Source: Octopus vulgaris | Lineage: Eukaryota | Length of the DNA: 64,000 nucleotides | Direction: 5' to 3' | Assembly: GCA_951406725.2 (NCBI GenBank) | Contig: OX597817.1 | Span: 173,662,001-173,726,000, forward strand | In this document: positions 13,063-26,759 of the stretch, in pieces | How positions within the stretch are numbered: the first letter of the stretch is position 1 | How the letters are laid out: every line of letters begins with the position of its first letter | Translations under genes and position numbers: made by a program | Notes under the pieces: model-generated | Databases searched by the model: none | Told to the model about the DNA's origin: nothing | Seen by the model: only the letters and a program-made list of their open reading frames with translations

Positions 13063-13290
13063 TTAACCCTTTAGCATTTAGAAGGTCATATCAGGCCCAA
13101 ATATTCTACCTTGTTTTATGTTCAAACTGGCCAGATTCAGCCTCTCACCCCTACACTACAATATCATTTTAAAAATAAACAATCACTTCATCAAAATCTT
13201 GAAGCTATATGAACCAGCAGGATTAATTCAAAACAATGTGAACCAATAAGCATCATGTTTGACAGAGTAATCTGAATACTAAAAGGATTT
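13063..13290 (+). mobile_element. piggyBac-like MITE (TTAA-CCCTTT ends)
   Basis: Starts TTAACCCTTTAGCATT and ends AATACTAAAAGGATT (decayed inverted end). Related copies at ~10391, ~19562 (reverse) and ~39555 (partial). Confidence 0.65.
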
Positions 13291-14025
13291 TTTTCTAGGT
13301 TGTTCTCCAGCCCTCTAAAAGACTTTATCCTATAATTCCCCTTTTTATTTATCAGTCAAGAACAAATACCAGGTCATATGGGAAAGGGAATGGTATCCTG
13401 TCTAACATAAGATTTATTTCTCTGCCAACAGGATCTTAGTAGACACTTTCAACTTGTAGTCATAACCAATGTAGCTTCCCCATTTTCCATGCTATACATA
13501 CATTGATTCCTGGGGAAACAATTAACACATAGCTAAGTAGAGGTAGTGGGGAGGGGCGGGTTAGAATGGATCGCTGATTGAGCTAATTTTATGCAGGAAC
13601 TTACCCCAGAATGTCCAGTGTCTAGCCATAAACTGTTTCTTGAATGGCATCTTAACAAGAAGGAAAGATAATTTTTTTGTGATTTATCACAGATTTCACA
13701 AAGGAAGAAGGAGGGTGTCTTATAGAAGAATGTGAGCTCAGCACAATGTGCTAATAAAACACTTGCCAAGTCTTCAAAGCATTACTCTACTTACAGTAGG
13801 AACTTGTATCTGCTTATGTTATCATCCACTCATAAGTGTACTGGGAGCTTGAAAGGGAACCCAGTACCTTTGATAAAAATAAATCCTCAAGATTTCAACA
13901 AACCAACAGACATTCCAACACCATAACATGTGATTGCAATAAACCCAGATTAACCTTAATCAAGCAGACCTTCCAGTTGTAATCATCTTACTATTTTGTA
14001 TATAAAGAATTACATTCATTTAGAT

Positions 14026-14294
14026 CAGTGGTTCACAACTTGGGGTCCATATGACCCTTGAGGGTCCATAAAGATTTTGCTGTTAAAATTTATGTGCAAT
14101 AAATTGGTTATACTTGTACAATACACAAAATATTTTAACAATTTTTTTTAATACAATTCCTAATGATATTTAATTATAAAAAAAAAATATAACAGGATAT
14201 TTAAAACATTGAATGGTTATGGGGATCTACCTGAGTAAAATGAGAATCAAAGGGGTCCATAGGTAAACAAAAAGAAAATAGTTGAGAACCACTG
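14026..14294 (+). mobile_element. hAT (Charlie-like) MITE with 8-bp TSD
   Basis: TIRs CAGTGGTTCACAAC / GTTGAGAACCACTG. TSD ATTTAGAT at 14018-14025 and 14295-14302. Confidence 0.9.
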
Positions 14295-14409
14295 ATTTAG
14301 ATGAAAGTGTGAGATTTGAGAGAGTTATGGCTGTTATTTCTAGCAGGTCAAGAGATAGTGGCATGATTATTTCAAGAGTATTTGTATTTGCATTCTGGTT
14401 GATATTAGT

Positions 14410-14592
14410 GCCGCCTGACTGCGTGGTTGATGCCAGTGCTGCCCGACTGGCCCCTGTGCCGGTGGCATGTAAAAAGCACCCACTACATTGAGTGGTTGCC
14501 ATTAGGAGGGGCATCCCACTGTAGAAACCTTGCCAGTCCTCAGTCAAACCGTCCAACCCATGCCAGCATGGAAGGCAAATGTTAAACGATGA
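14410..14592 (+). mobile_element. Family-A retroposon, short copy
   Basis: One GTGCCGGTGGCATGTAAAAAGCACC unit plus the conserved 3' end. Confidence 0.75.
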
Positions 14593-14962
14593 CCATCATC
14601 ATCATCATTCTGTTCACAATACAATGATCTGTGTCCATAATGCTAAATTACTTCCAATCAGATGATATCCAGTTCTTTCCTTCCCAGTTTCAGCATGTCC
14701 TCTGCTATTATTGTTTCTCTGTTACAAAAAAGTCCATTAACCAACAAGAAATCCTCTACAGTCAGTTCACAATAGCAGAGTGGTGAGTATCCCCACCTGT
14801 CACATGGGAGTCCATTCAAACAGACCGCCATGTTGAAGTGGCAACGAATATTACTCATCAGTACAACTACCAAATTGATCTCTTAGAGAGATTTTAGAAC
14901 TAATTAAATATTACAGTTCATATATTTGAAAAAGAAGCATACTCTAAAGCATTAGAGCAGTA

Positions 14963-15221
14963 ATATATTTTTTAGGAAGCTAAAAGTTATGGCTGGTCAT
15001 AGAGTGACCATTGGTTTTGCACCTATAAATCGCCTATAAAGCCATATAGGTGACTTGTTGGACTCAAATGGCTGAAGGCACACAACCCCTCTAGAGAAGT
15101 AGAGTGGTTATGCGCCTTCAGCCATTTGAGTCTGATGAGTCGCCTATATGGCTAAGCACTTTATAAGTGTGGAGAAAAAGGTCACTACGACCAGCCATAA
15201 CTTTTAACTTCCTGAAATATA
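14963..15221. repeat. ~250-bp foldback / palindromic MITE-like element
   Basis: Outer arms AGGAAGCTAAAAGTTATGGCTGGTC / GACCAGCCATAACTTTTAACTTCCT. Inner arms GCCATATAGGTGAC..GACTCAAATGGCTGAAGGC / GCCTTCAGCCATTTGAGTC..GTCGCCTATATGGC, centred near 15095. Confidence 0.85.
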
Positions 15222-17319
15222 CATGCAAGCACACACTCACATCTTATATCAATAGTTGACAATTTCTTTTTTGTAATGACTTAGAGTCAATGTTTTCTTG
15301 CATTTGCCCATGGCCCACCTATACATTATATATTTTCCACATAAAATATCTTTATCCTCACATATAAATATCTAGTGTTTACCTCTTACTATTTCCATCT
15401 CTAAAAGCCATCAGTGGTCCACAAATGCATAAAATTTGAGAAGATTTTAAAGAAGGTCTGACGCCCACAGAAAATACCTCAATGGCCCACCTGTTGCCAA
15501 CCTCTGACCTAGACAAGATTGTGACTTTAAATCTCCTGCTAATATTTCATGATGTTTCTCACAAGAATACTTTATTCTGCACTACCTCAACACTTCTAAT
15601 TACTAAGGAAAAGATACCAAAATCACCCAAGAAAGTTTGGCTGCAAGCTAAAGTCTATCAATTGTCTCAGTTCACTTTGCTATTGAATTTAGACCTTAGG
15701 CCTGTTGACAGGTTATGCATGGTTAGAATGTAACAACAGAGTATTTCATACTAAAGTCATAATACACAGGTTTCCACCAGCAGATCATTTTCTTTTGCTA
15801 TGATTTATTCATGCCAATATCTCCACAATTAGAAACAATCAGACTACTGAATTTTAGAAACACAGTCTATGAGCATTGGATTTCAATTCCAATGAAGATA
15901 TTGCATGTTGCACTGAGTGCATCTTTTGTGAAGGCTGAATGATGTGCTTTGCATCAATCTATCATGGTACAAGAGTCCCCATAAAATACACTTATGTTAG
16001 AAAGGGCATCTTGTCATAAAAGAAACGATAAATATACTAACAAGAAAGGGGAGGCAGAGAGAGAAGAAGACAGAAATACTACCTGAGCAGGTGTGATGAT
16101 AACTGCTGACACAAAAACTATGGCATTGTGTCTATCTATAGGTACATTCACTTACTAGCTTTACTATAGTACACTGAAATTAGGTACCACTTTCATGTTA
16201 TGGTTGAATGCTTTGTTAGGAAAAGCGTAGTTATGAAACATCTGTTCCAATTATTCATGCAATTATTTGAGTTTAGACCCAGGTAATTCATTCCCACAAT
16301 AGTTCTTTTCTAATTTATATAAGTAATAAGTATGCCATAGATATACATACAGCTGCCACCATACACACTTATCTCTTTTTCATCATTTTAATACCTTTTT
16401 TAATGCTAATGATCCTTCCATTCACTGAATGGCTTTAAAAACAAGTATCTTTGAATAAAGCAATATCTCATCTAAGAGAGGCATAAAGTCCTCTGATCTG
16501 ATCCAAACAACTTTCTTTCAACTATCCCTACTAAAAAACACTTCACCACCAATATGAAGCGTGCTTTCACAAAGTAAACAATGTCTATTTACAATGCACG
16601 CATGTGTGCTCACATGCAACAGGCCTTTTATATTCAATTCTTTGTTCTCCATTATTAAGCAAACATTTATTACCTGATTTGGCAGATCACTTCAGTAAAG
16701 ATCATAAATTTAGTTATCAATGAATAACCAGTTTATAATATGCATTGCTGATATTTTGAACGAATAGTCATGCTTGTGTCATGCCACACAAATTAATCTA
16801 CATTCAATCATGCATGCAAATTATGTTTCCATACATGCATTTTTCCATTCTGGCAAATAGTGGATAGAATCAATAGATGAACAGACCAAATGTTTTACAA
16901 TATTTAGTTGAAACTTTGTAAGTTCTGCATTCAAAACTTGCTAAAGTCCTCAACTTCACTCTTTTATCATTCCACGGGACAAGGATCAATATCATTGATT
17001 GTTGCCACCTCAAAAATGTAGGGCCTTGTGCCATACAGTTTAGGAGAGAATAATTATATTGAATCCTATCAATATAACCAGTCAGAAATCATTATTTAAA
17101 ATTCTCATAAAAATGAAATGGTCCAACAATATTAAATAAAGACAGGTGGAGCTGGAAAAGTAATTGTGTGTTTTCATGAAATAAAAAGACAGAGGTAAAA
17201 TAATGATGAATTTTCAGATATGGTTTTTGTCTATTGCAAAAGAGCTACATCTTTTGAAGGTTACTGTTTTGGACAACAATGCAAGTAAACTAATAACGAA
17301 AGGTATGTCAATGCCATTT

Positions 17320-17620
17320 CCTTGTAGGATTGATGCAGTTAATGTTCCTCGTGAATAGTCGCAAGTTGACAACTGCAGGAAAAACACGAGGATGGGAATT
17401 CCAGAGGATTGACACATGGGAGGTCAAGGATTAAGCAAAGTGGTTACTGTATCTCTTAGGAGATGGTGGGGGAATACAATATGGATGACAAAGAGAGATG
17501 AGTGACTAGGAAATAACAGAGTAGATATAGCATTCAAGCAGCCAGTCAGTTTTAAGGAGTAGTAGTGGTAGGAAAGGTAGGGTGAAGAGACAGCACATCC
17601 GTGAACCAGAGACTGTAAAG
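17320..17620 (-). mobile_element. Decayed CR1/L2-like LINE 3' end
   Basis: Minus frame LWNSHPRVFPAVVNLRLFTRNINCIN resembles the LWNxLP..VFP...F C-terminal motif of CR1/L2-group ORF2. Confidence 0.5.
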
Positions 17621-18039
17621 TGAACTCAACCACATGTCTATGTCTATATGCAAATATGTATTTATAAAATGAACTTCTAAGCTTATTTTTAAAAGAATGT
17701 TTAAAGGACTGAAATAATGTATACCAAATTTTAAGGATGTCAAAGTAGAGGAGCTAATGAGAATGGATGAAATAAGTGGATATTTTTTTTATTATTATTT
17801 ATAATTAGCAGACATTATAAAATGACTCTCAAGGGGCAAAGGTGTCTTGCATTGAATTTATCAGAGTTTGACGAGTGTTAATGCACAAAACTTTAAGTCT
17901 TTGAGTCACTTAGAAACTTCTGAATATATATATACTCATGCTTTGAGTTCTATTTTACCAATGAAGGAAGGGTAGCGAGAAAAGATAAATCAGAAATAAA
18001 ACAAGTTAAAATTCTGAATGTATTATTTTATTCATTGTC

Positions 18040-18370
18040 CGTTGCCAGCGCCACCCCGACTGGCCTCCGTGCCGGTGGCATGTAAAAAGCACCATCCGAT
18101 CATGGCCATTGCCAGCCTTGCCTGGCCCCCGTGCCGGTGGCACTTAAAAAGCACCATCCGTCCGTGGCCGTTTGCCAGTCTGGCACCTGTGTGGGTGGCA
18201 CGTAAAAAGTACCCACTACATTCGCAGAGTGGTTGGCATTAGGAAGGGCATCCAGCCATAGAAACACTGCCAGATCAGACTGGGCCTGGTGCAGCCTTCT
18301 GACTTCCCAGACCCCAGTTGAACCGTCCAACCCATGCTAGCATGGAAAGCAGATGCTAAATGATGATGAT
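18040..18370 (+). mobile_element. Family-A retroposon
   Basis: Three internal units, conserved 3' end and GATGATGAT tail. Confidence 0.85.
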
Positions 18371-18401
18371 TAGTTTTAAGTATAAAGATTGAATGGCTAA
18401 C

Positions 18402-18456
<55 letters not shown>

Positions 18457-18619
18457 AGTCCTTTCTGTTGAACAGCATAGGCTTGAAATGTCAAAGATTT
18501 TTCCATTCTTCCCAAGAGTTAAACTAATACACCTGCTTGTTGTTCCCTAATCTGTCTCCATCTTTTGTTTTCTGTAAATTTGAACCTAACACACACACAC
18601 ACAGACAAAGATATATATA

Positions 18620-19060
18620 TATCATCATCATCGTTTAATGCCCGCTTTCCATGTTGGCATGGGTTGGACGGTTTGGCTGCACCAGGCTCAATTTGATCTG
18701 GCAAAGTTTCTACAGCTGGATGCCCTACCTAACGCCAACCACCCTGTGAGTGTTTTTTATGTGCCACCGGCACGAGGGCCAGTCAGGCTGTTCTAGCAAC
18801 GACCACACTCAAAAGGTGTTTTTACATGCTACCTGAACGGGAGCCAGTCCGGCAGCACTGGCAACAACCATGCTCGAATGTTAGTTTTTCACATGCCACC
18901 GGCACATGTGCCAGTAAGGCGACATTGGCAATGATCACGCTCGAATGGTGCTTTTCACGTGTCACCTGCACAGGAGCCAATCTGTGGCCAGGCAACGATC
19001 ATGCTCAGATATGCTTTTCACGTTCCACTGGCACAAGTACCAATCAGGCGGTACTGTCAT
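18620..19060 (-). mobile_element. Family-A retroposon, diverged, multi-unit
   Basis: (CAT)n, then the conserved end, then about five TTTT(A/C)CA/GTGCCAC-type units. Confidence 0.75.
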
Positions 19061-19561
19061 CGGCATATATATATATATATAAATAAAAGCATTCAACCAG
19101 TTCCCTTCAGAAACAAGCAATAATTTTCAAAATATATTTTAATGGTAATGTTGTATTTATGCTAATGGCACATGCTTTGTAAAAAGTTCAATATAAATTA
19201 GTGCAGGCCAAATAATTAATGCTTAGAACATCAGTCATAAATTCAACTTCAATCAAACATTTAAATGTGTTAAAATGGACCTTATCACAGGTAGTTTACG
19301 CAGACATATTACTTATTTCTACACACATTCGGCAGATAAAGATTAGCATAATCAGAGAATGCAGGGTAAATTATCTATGAATTAATGATAATCTAGCGAA
19401 TTAGGCAGATCAGACAAGAGTCTAGACTAATTAACCCTAAAATGACAGTTGGTTAGGTAAGGAGACAAAACACAGAAAAGCTATCTTAATCATTTAAGTC
19501 AGTTTAGTCACTAAACTCGTGATTTGCACCCAGCGCCATTAGAGCCTATCAACTGTGATAT

Positions 19562-19785
19562 TTAACCTTTTAGCATTCAGATTACTCTGACAAATGTAAT
19601 ATTTACTTATCCACACTGTTTTGAATTAATCACGCATTATTTTGTAGCTTCAAGATATTGGTGATGGGGTTGTTTATTTTTAGATGACATTGTAGAGTTG
19701 GTGTGAGAGGCTGGATCTGGTTGGTAGGAACATAAAACAGGTGGAATATTTGGAGTTGATGTGGATGGTTTAAACACTAAAGAGT
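19562..19785 (-). mobile_element. piggyBac-like MITE, reverse copy
   Basis: Reverse-complement match to 13063-13290. Begins TTAACCTTTTAGCATT. Confidence 0.6.
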
Positions 19786-21592
19786 CGTGGGGGAAATGCT
19801 GTCACTATTTTTTAAAAATCCAAAATACAGAAAAACAATTTTATATTAAAACTGATCAGTATAGTTGTGTATGTGTGTGTAACAGTGACTTATCTAAAAT
19901 AAAATCTTCAATATTTACAGTTTTGTGATATTTGATACAGTAATATTTTTATGTATAGTAACTAAAGACCCCTGCTTGGCTGTTGGTATCAGTGTCTGCA
20001 TCTATAAATATACCATTATTAAAAAAAAAGAGACAAAACAAGACTGATACTATAACTAATACAACTACCAAGAAAATTAAAAAATAAATTAGAAACATTT
20101 AATTATTAAAAAATAAATTATGCAAATCAAGGCTGAATTGAATGAATCAATTAATTCAGCTTTGATTCATTGCCAAAAACTGTTTCACTTAAGTTAAATC
20201 ATGAATAAAAGTTTCACCATGAGCTTCTTTCAGTTTCTATCTAATCATATTTACTCATAAGGTTTTGGTTGGCCTGGGGTTATATATAGTTGAAGACACT
20301 TGCCCAAGATGTTGCAAAGTCAGACTGAATCTGAAACTAGTATAGTTGGGAAATAAATTTCATAACCATACAGCCATGCCGTGATTATATGAGCTACATT
20401 TTACAGCTAAAATGGCATTTGGGACTACATCATTTACAGAAGACTTATTTACATATTTCACAATGCTTCTATGGAAATGTTCTAAATGTAAACAAAGTTA
20501 AAATGCTGAAAAATATATGAAATAAAAAAAATTTATATTTAAATTGAATAATCCTAATTTTTTTTCCATGTCACATTTAAATTCTTACAATTAAGATACG
20601 TTTAAGACTTTCCATTTCTGTAAAAGTTGATATTTCTAGCATAAACAGGTTTTAAAACCATTTTTAAGTATATTTATATCTATAAAGATTTCCTTCCCCG
20701 CCACCACCCATTAATTCATATTTATTCAATGTCTTAAAACACCACTATATTGTTTATGACACCCAATTTTGCTTTCCATCTCTCTCTTGAAATATCATGT
20801 TCACAAAATATGGAGTAGGACATTCCAAGAGCCTAGTTCTAATATAAGTCAATAGGCCAAGTGCTCAGACAAACGAATCTCCAAGAAAAAGGAAACTAAT
20901 TACAGAACATACATTATTATACATTATTTTTACTTTAGCAAATGTTCTATCTTTAGAAACTATGCTATTTGCCATATCATTTTCTGTGCTATCTTGTTTC
21001 TTTGAAATGCATAATCATTACAATGGCTGAATGCAGGGCCAGATTTAGGCATAAGCTAGTTAAGCTGCTGCTAAGGGCTTCAGTCTGAAGGATTCTAAAG
21101 AAAAAATCTCAATATTTTTCATTTGTTAAAGTTTTATAACAATTTATATTTAAGTAATCACTTAAACCAATTAGCAGTATTAACAAGTATTTCCTTTCAT
21201 TTAGAATTCTGCTTAAATAAAAATTCTTATTCAATTATGCTAATGTTTCATTATTTAGGTGGGTTATTTTTCTTATATGATATTTTATTTTATTTGAAAC
21301 AAAATTTATTGGCTAAACTGGCAATATGACCATTCCGAAATATAACAAAATTTAAAAAGTTTTAATTTTATTAATATTTGCAAACAATCAGTAATTTTTT
21401 CATGTATATAGATGTATGAATTTATTACAAAAAAAAAAACAAACTCCCCAACTACTCTCCTTTATGTTACCTCATAGTTTACCTAGTAAATGTTTTCTTA
21501 GTATTAATTATGTTAATAGTTTGCATATCTATTTCATTTACAGGCAATTACAAGTCTATGAGAGTATTTTACTGCCAGAAATTAATATGTTT

Positions 21593-21827
21593 ATAAGGCA
21601 GTGAGCTGGCAGAAATGTTAGCACGGTGGGCGAAATGCTTAGCGGTATTTCGTTTGCCGTTACGTTCTGAGTTCAAATTCCGCTGATGTCGACTTTGCCT
21701 TTCATCCTTTCGGGGTCGATAAATCCAGTACCAGTTATGCACTGGGGTTGATGTAATTGACTTAATCCCTTTGTCTGTCCTTGTTTGTCCCCTCGATGTT
21801 TAGCCCCTTGTGGGCAATAAAGAAATA
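21593..21827 (+). mobile_element. Full-length tRNA-derived SINE, family C, with ~16-bp TSD
   Basis: B-box GAGTTCAAATTCC and central GCCTTTCATCCTTTCGGGGTCGATAAA. Flanks AGAAATTAATATGTTT (21577-21592) and AGAAACTAATATGTTT (21828-21843). Confidence 0.85.
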
Positions 21828-24039
21828 AGAAACTAATATGTTTTGTCATCTGATTCGCTTAGAGTGACTTTCCTGTGTTATTTTTCATTATCACCATTTA
21901 ACATCAATCTTCTGTGCTGGCTTCAGATGGGCAGTTTGACAGGATCTGATAGGTCCATGGACTGCATCATGCTCCAGTCTCTTCTTTGGTATGGTTTCTA
22001 CAGCTGAATGTCCTTTGTAAGACCAAACAATAAAATCTCTTGAAATTGAATTGATAAAGATAAATTTTTAAAATTCGTTCAGAACAATTCTCTCTGTATT
22101 TGTAGTTGATGTTGTCAAGGATGTCTTAGCAGCATCAAAAGCCTCAGGGCAAATCAGTACAATAGGCCCAGTAGCAATTGTCTCAGGGCCCCTAAGACAA
22201 TCACCCAGTGTGCCCATGCCTTAAGATGGCACTGGTGGTAGTTGTTATTTAGCACTAGTTCAGTTCAGTTTAAATAAACCAGTGATAAAAGACATTCCAG
22301 CCATGACCATTCCATCTTTTATTCCTACATAATGTATCTAGAACAACACTATTCAATGTGTCCTTTTTTTCTTAAAGATGATAGGGTGTGATTAAGAGAG
22401 ATTCAGCTACTATTTCTAGCAAAATCTTAGCTAAGTTAAGATAACATTATGAGGCACTCTTGTAGGTTCCTTCTGGAACTGTGTTAATATGCTATTCTAA
22501 TACTTATATTCAACCTTATTTGTAGCTAAATCAAAGAATGACAAACAGTGCTTGTCACTTTATGAAAATCCTCTGAAACTAATGGAAAAGTATGGAGAAA
22601 AAAAACACAACACAAGGCTTGATGCACTAAGAAGCACTGATTTATCTTCAAACCAGGCTTAGTTCACTAAGAAACATTGAGTTATCCTCAAACTAGATAA
22701 CTGGCCCGAGTGCATGCAACGAAGTGAACTCAGGTAGCAGTGTGAGACTAGCTGAAAGACTAGGTCTGCCATCCAAGAACAAGTACAGTCCATCTAACTA
22801 TTTCCATCTACCCAATTTCACTTACAGAAGAATGGGTCAACCTGCAGTATGGTTAGAAAACACTTGCCCAAGATGTTACAAGTTGGAATTAAACCCAGAG
22901 CCATGTGCTTACAAAGCACACATCTTAAGGGCACGATTATGTTAATATCATCATTTTAACTTTCACTTTTGCATGCTTGCATGTGTCAGATGGAATTTGT
23001 TGAAGCAGATTTTCTATAACTGGATGAGATTCCTGTCACCAACCATCACCTGTTTCCAAGTGAGATATTTCCCCTTGGCTGGAAATGTTTTTTACTTGAA
23101 AAATTGGAAACTGAAGACACTCCTTATTTGACAGTGTTGCTCATTTACAACTACCCCAAAAACACACACATGATGAACCTTCCTTGGTTTTTGTCTACCA
23201 TATCCACTCACAAGGTCTTGGTCAGTCCAGGTCTAGCAGATACTTGCTCAAGGTGTCATGCAGGGGGACTGAACCTGAAACCACATGGTTGGGAAGCAAA
23301 CTTCTTGACCACACAGCCATGCTAAGCCACTGATATATTTTCTGATATATTTTCAATAAATAATTTTTATGCCATTTTCCCATATTGCCAATACAAATAA
23401 CCTATAAATCAAACATCACCATAAAACAAAGAAATATATATTTTTTTCCATTGATGAAATTTCTTAAATACTTGTTACTATTTATATATAATTCAGCGCT
23501 CTAAACTAACTGGTTTATATAATTGATTTTAATAATTGCTTTGAAGTAGTCTTTCAGAATTTTTTTCATTTCTAGTAGGCAAATAACTCCACATATAGTG
23601 TTTCTTGTATCATTATTGAAGAGAAAACAAAAACACAGACACAAAGAATAATGATATCAACTAACAGAAAATGATACTATACATTCTCTCTTGTTCCAGG
23701 CAGATGTTAGAATATAGTGTGTGTGTGCGCACGCACACATGATGGACTCTCCCATTGGTTTCAATGTATGAAGATCCAACAACCTACTCTTTCTTTGTCA
23801 GACATAATGTATGTGTCAAGTGTGACATTTGAGTCTTGCCAACAATTTTCAAAGCCTGCAGATGTTGCAAAGTATGAGGACTACAGGTCAGTGCAAGCAG
23901 TATATTTGTAACCACTTTTCTCCTTTGCCATGCACTCTTAGCCTTTTAATGCTGGTTGAAAGTGTGTGTGTATATGTATACACACACATACAGGAGGCGA
24001 CATCTCTCTCTCTCTTTTTTCCTTCTCAAGTCATACCAA

Positions 24040-24260
24040 ATCATAAGGGCCAGTTTCCAAGTTTCCATGGTGTACATATTCCCCACCTGGATGGGACACA
24101 AGTCCATCACCGGATTACTCATTTTTGCCAGCTGAATGGTCTGGAGCAATGTGAAATGAATTGTTTTGCTCAAGAACACGTGTTGCCCGGTCAAAGAATC
24201 AAAACCGCAATTTTACAATCAGGAGTCTAACACCTTAACCAATAAGCCACACACTTCCAC
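24040..24260 (-). mobile_element. Decayed tRNA-headed SINE related to 48448-48752
   Basis: Shares GGGCCAGTTTCC..GTTTC..TGG and CCCC..CTGGA.GGGA segments, plus a minus-strand tRNA-like head. Confidence 0.55.
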
Positions 24261-25600
24261 TACAGGAAGCAACGGGGAGAACAGGTGTGGCTGTGTGGTT
24301 AAGAAGCTTACCTTTCAACTATATGACCTTGGATAAATACCTTCTACTATAGTTGTAGGTCAACCAAAGACTTGTCAGGAGATTTGGCAAAAAAGAAACT
24401 GAAAAGAAGCCTGCCATCTATGTATATGTGAGTACCCCTCAAGCAATGTTATTCATTTCCAGTCTTCCTTGAAAAATATTTTTGTTTAAAGAGAAATATT
24501 ACTGTGCTTAGAAACAGTGAGGATTGGCAACAAGAAGGGCATCCAGCCATAGAAAATCTGCCTCAACAGAGCAACAAATTCCATCTGAGCCATTCAAGTA
24601 TAAAAATGTCAATGTTAAATGAGGATGATGAATGAGATACACACACACAAATACTATGTATACAACCATATATAGTGCCTTGGACAAATGTTTTCTAGTA
24701 TATTCCTGGATGGACAAAGGTAAGAGTAGGTGATGGCTGACAACAGAAGTGACCCAGGGAAGAGAGAGCGATGGCTGGCAGTACTCAAAAGATGGAATCA
24801 GAGTGTAAAATGTACAGAAAGTTCAATGCAGTTCCATTAGGAGTGACATTCAGCTGTAGAAACCCTTGCCAAAGAAGATACTGGAACACAATGCAGTCCT
24901 CGGACTGTTCTCTTCATTCAGGCAGAGTGAAGAGGATGGTCTGAAGAAATTTCTTATACACAGGCCTAATAAAAGGTGAAGGAGACAGAGTGATGAAGGG
25001 GTTGTTTGCAGTTCACAGATTAAGTGAAAATAGACCCCATACTATTCATCATTAAGTGAGGAGTAAAGGTGGGTGGAAAGATGGAAGATGGAGGAAAAAG
25101 TGATAAAGTTGAGTGAAGGAGGGAGACCACTGCCATCACCACTACCACCCCACCAAAGTGCAAAGGTAAGAGATCATAGGCAAGTGTCTAAAAGTCATGA
25201 TATCATCTTCATTTGACTACTAGTATCTTTTATTCATCATTGGACTACAGCCATTCTGAGGCATCACCTTAAAGGAGAAATAAGTGAGTAATATTTAATA
25301 CAGTTCAGGTGCTTTACAATTGTATACCTAGACGGGCTAACTATTTTCTAGAATAGTGTTACTATGTGTTCCGAAAGTCTTGTACAAAATATAAACTGTA
25401 TTATGCAATATAATATGAAGTGTAAGTCAAGTGTTATGAGTGTTTATAGAGTGGAGCTTTTGCAAATATTATACATGTTGAGAAACAGTGGAATAATGTA
25501 TCAGATAATTGTGACACACTGTAATATGATCAAGTATTAGTCCATTATAGCCTAATGTGCTAAGAGTTAATAAAATACAGTGCATGATCCTATACATATA

Positions 25601-25995
25601 TCATCATCATCATCGTTTAACGTCCGTTTTCTGCGCTAGCACGGGTTGGACGGTTCGACCAGGGTCTGCTCCAAGCTCCAGTCTGATCTGGCAGAGTTTC
25701 TACGGCTGGATGCCCTTCTTAACGCCAACCACTCCGTGAGTGTAGTGGGTGCTTTTTACGTGCCACCTGCATAGGTGCCAGGGGGTCCGGCATCGGCCAC
25801 GATCGGTTGGAGCTTTTAACGTGCCAGCGGCACGGAAGCCAACCAAGGCGGCGCTGGCAACGTTCGGATGGTGCTTTTTATGTGCCACTGGCACAGAAGC
25901 CAGTCAGAGCGGCGCTGGCATCGGCCATGTTCGGATGGTGCTTTTTATGTGCCACCAGCACAGAAGCCAGTCGGGGCGGCGCTGGCATCAGCCAC
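25601..25995 (-). mobile_element. Family-A retroposon, CpG-rich (young) copy
   Basis: (CAT)n end and about four internal units. Confidence 0.85.
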
Positions 25996-26759
25996 ATTCA
26001 TTGTTTTAATATATATTTTTCCATGCTTGCATGGGTTAGACTGAATTTATTCAAAACGATATTCTATGGTTGGATACCCAACCCATCACCAAACCTCACT
26101 GATTTCCAAGCATGGCTAGACAGGTTTTTCACAGAAGATTGGAGATGAATGACACTGCTTGTATGATGACACTCATTTACAACCATCACATGATGTCATG
26201 GCCAGGGTACTCACAAACATGCATATACAACATGTTTCTTTTCGGTTTCCTTTCACATGGCCTTGGAGCTATAGTAGAATGTACTTGCCCAACATGTTGC
26301 ATAATGAAACTGAATCTAGGACAATATGGTTGAGAAGTAAGCTTCAGTCACACCTCCAATGTCAAGAAGGAACACACACACCCATATATACATATGTAAT
26401 AGGCTTCTTTCATTTTCCTTCAACCAAATCTACTCACAAGGCTTTGGCTGGCCCCAAAAGGCTTAAGACCCTTTGTAGAGTGACACATGAGAAGGGAAAC
26501 AGAGAGAGAGAGGAGAGAGCTAGAAGGCAAGCTGCATTTGTTGCCAATTCTTTGGGCCTTACTAAACAAGTTTATCTCATGTGTTCAGAGGAAGTTAACA
26601 GTTTCTCCATGACATTCTGAACAATACAATGAGAGAACAAAAGCTTGAGCTTCTAAAAATCTTACCATACCCCACTCGACTGCATCTCCCCAACAACAGA
26701 GTTCAATCTCAGGCTGGAGAAATGGTTGTGCTCAGTATACAGCAAAAAAAAAAAAATAG

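Noticed and set aside
15132-15145. CTGATGAGTCG hammerhead-like box
   Set aside because: Part of the foldback arm, with no correctly placed GAAA or stem III.
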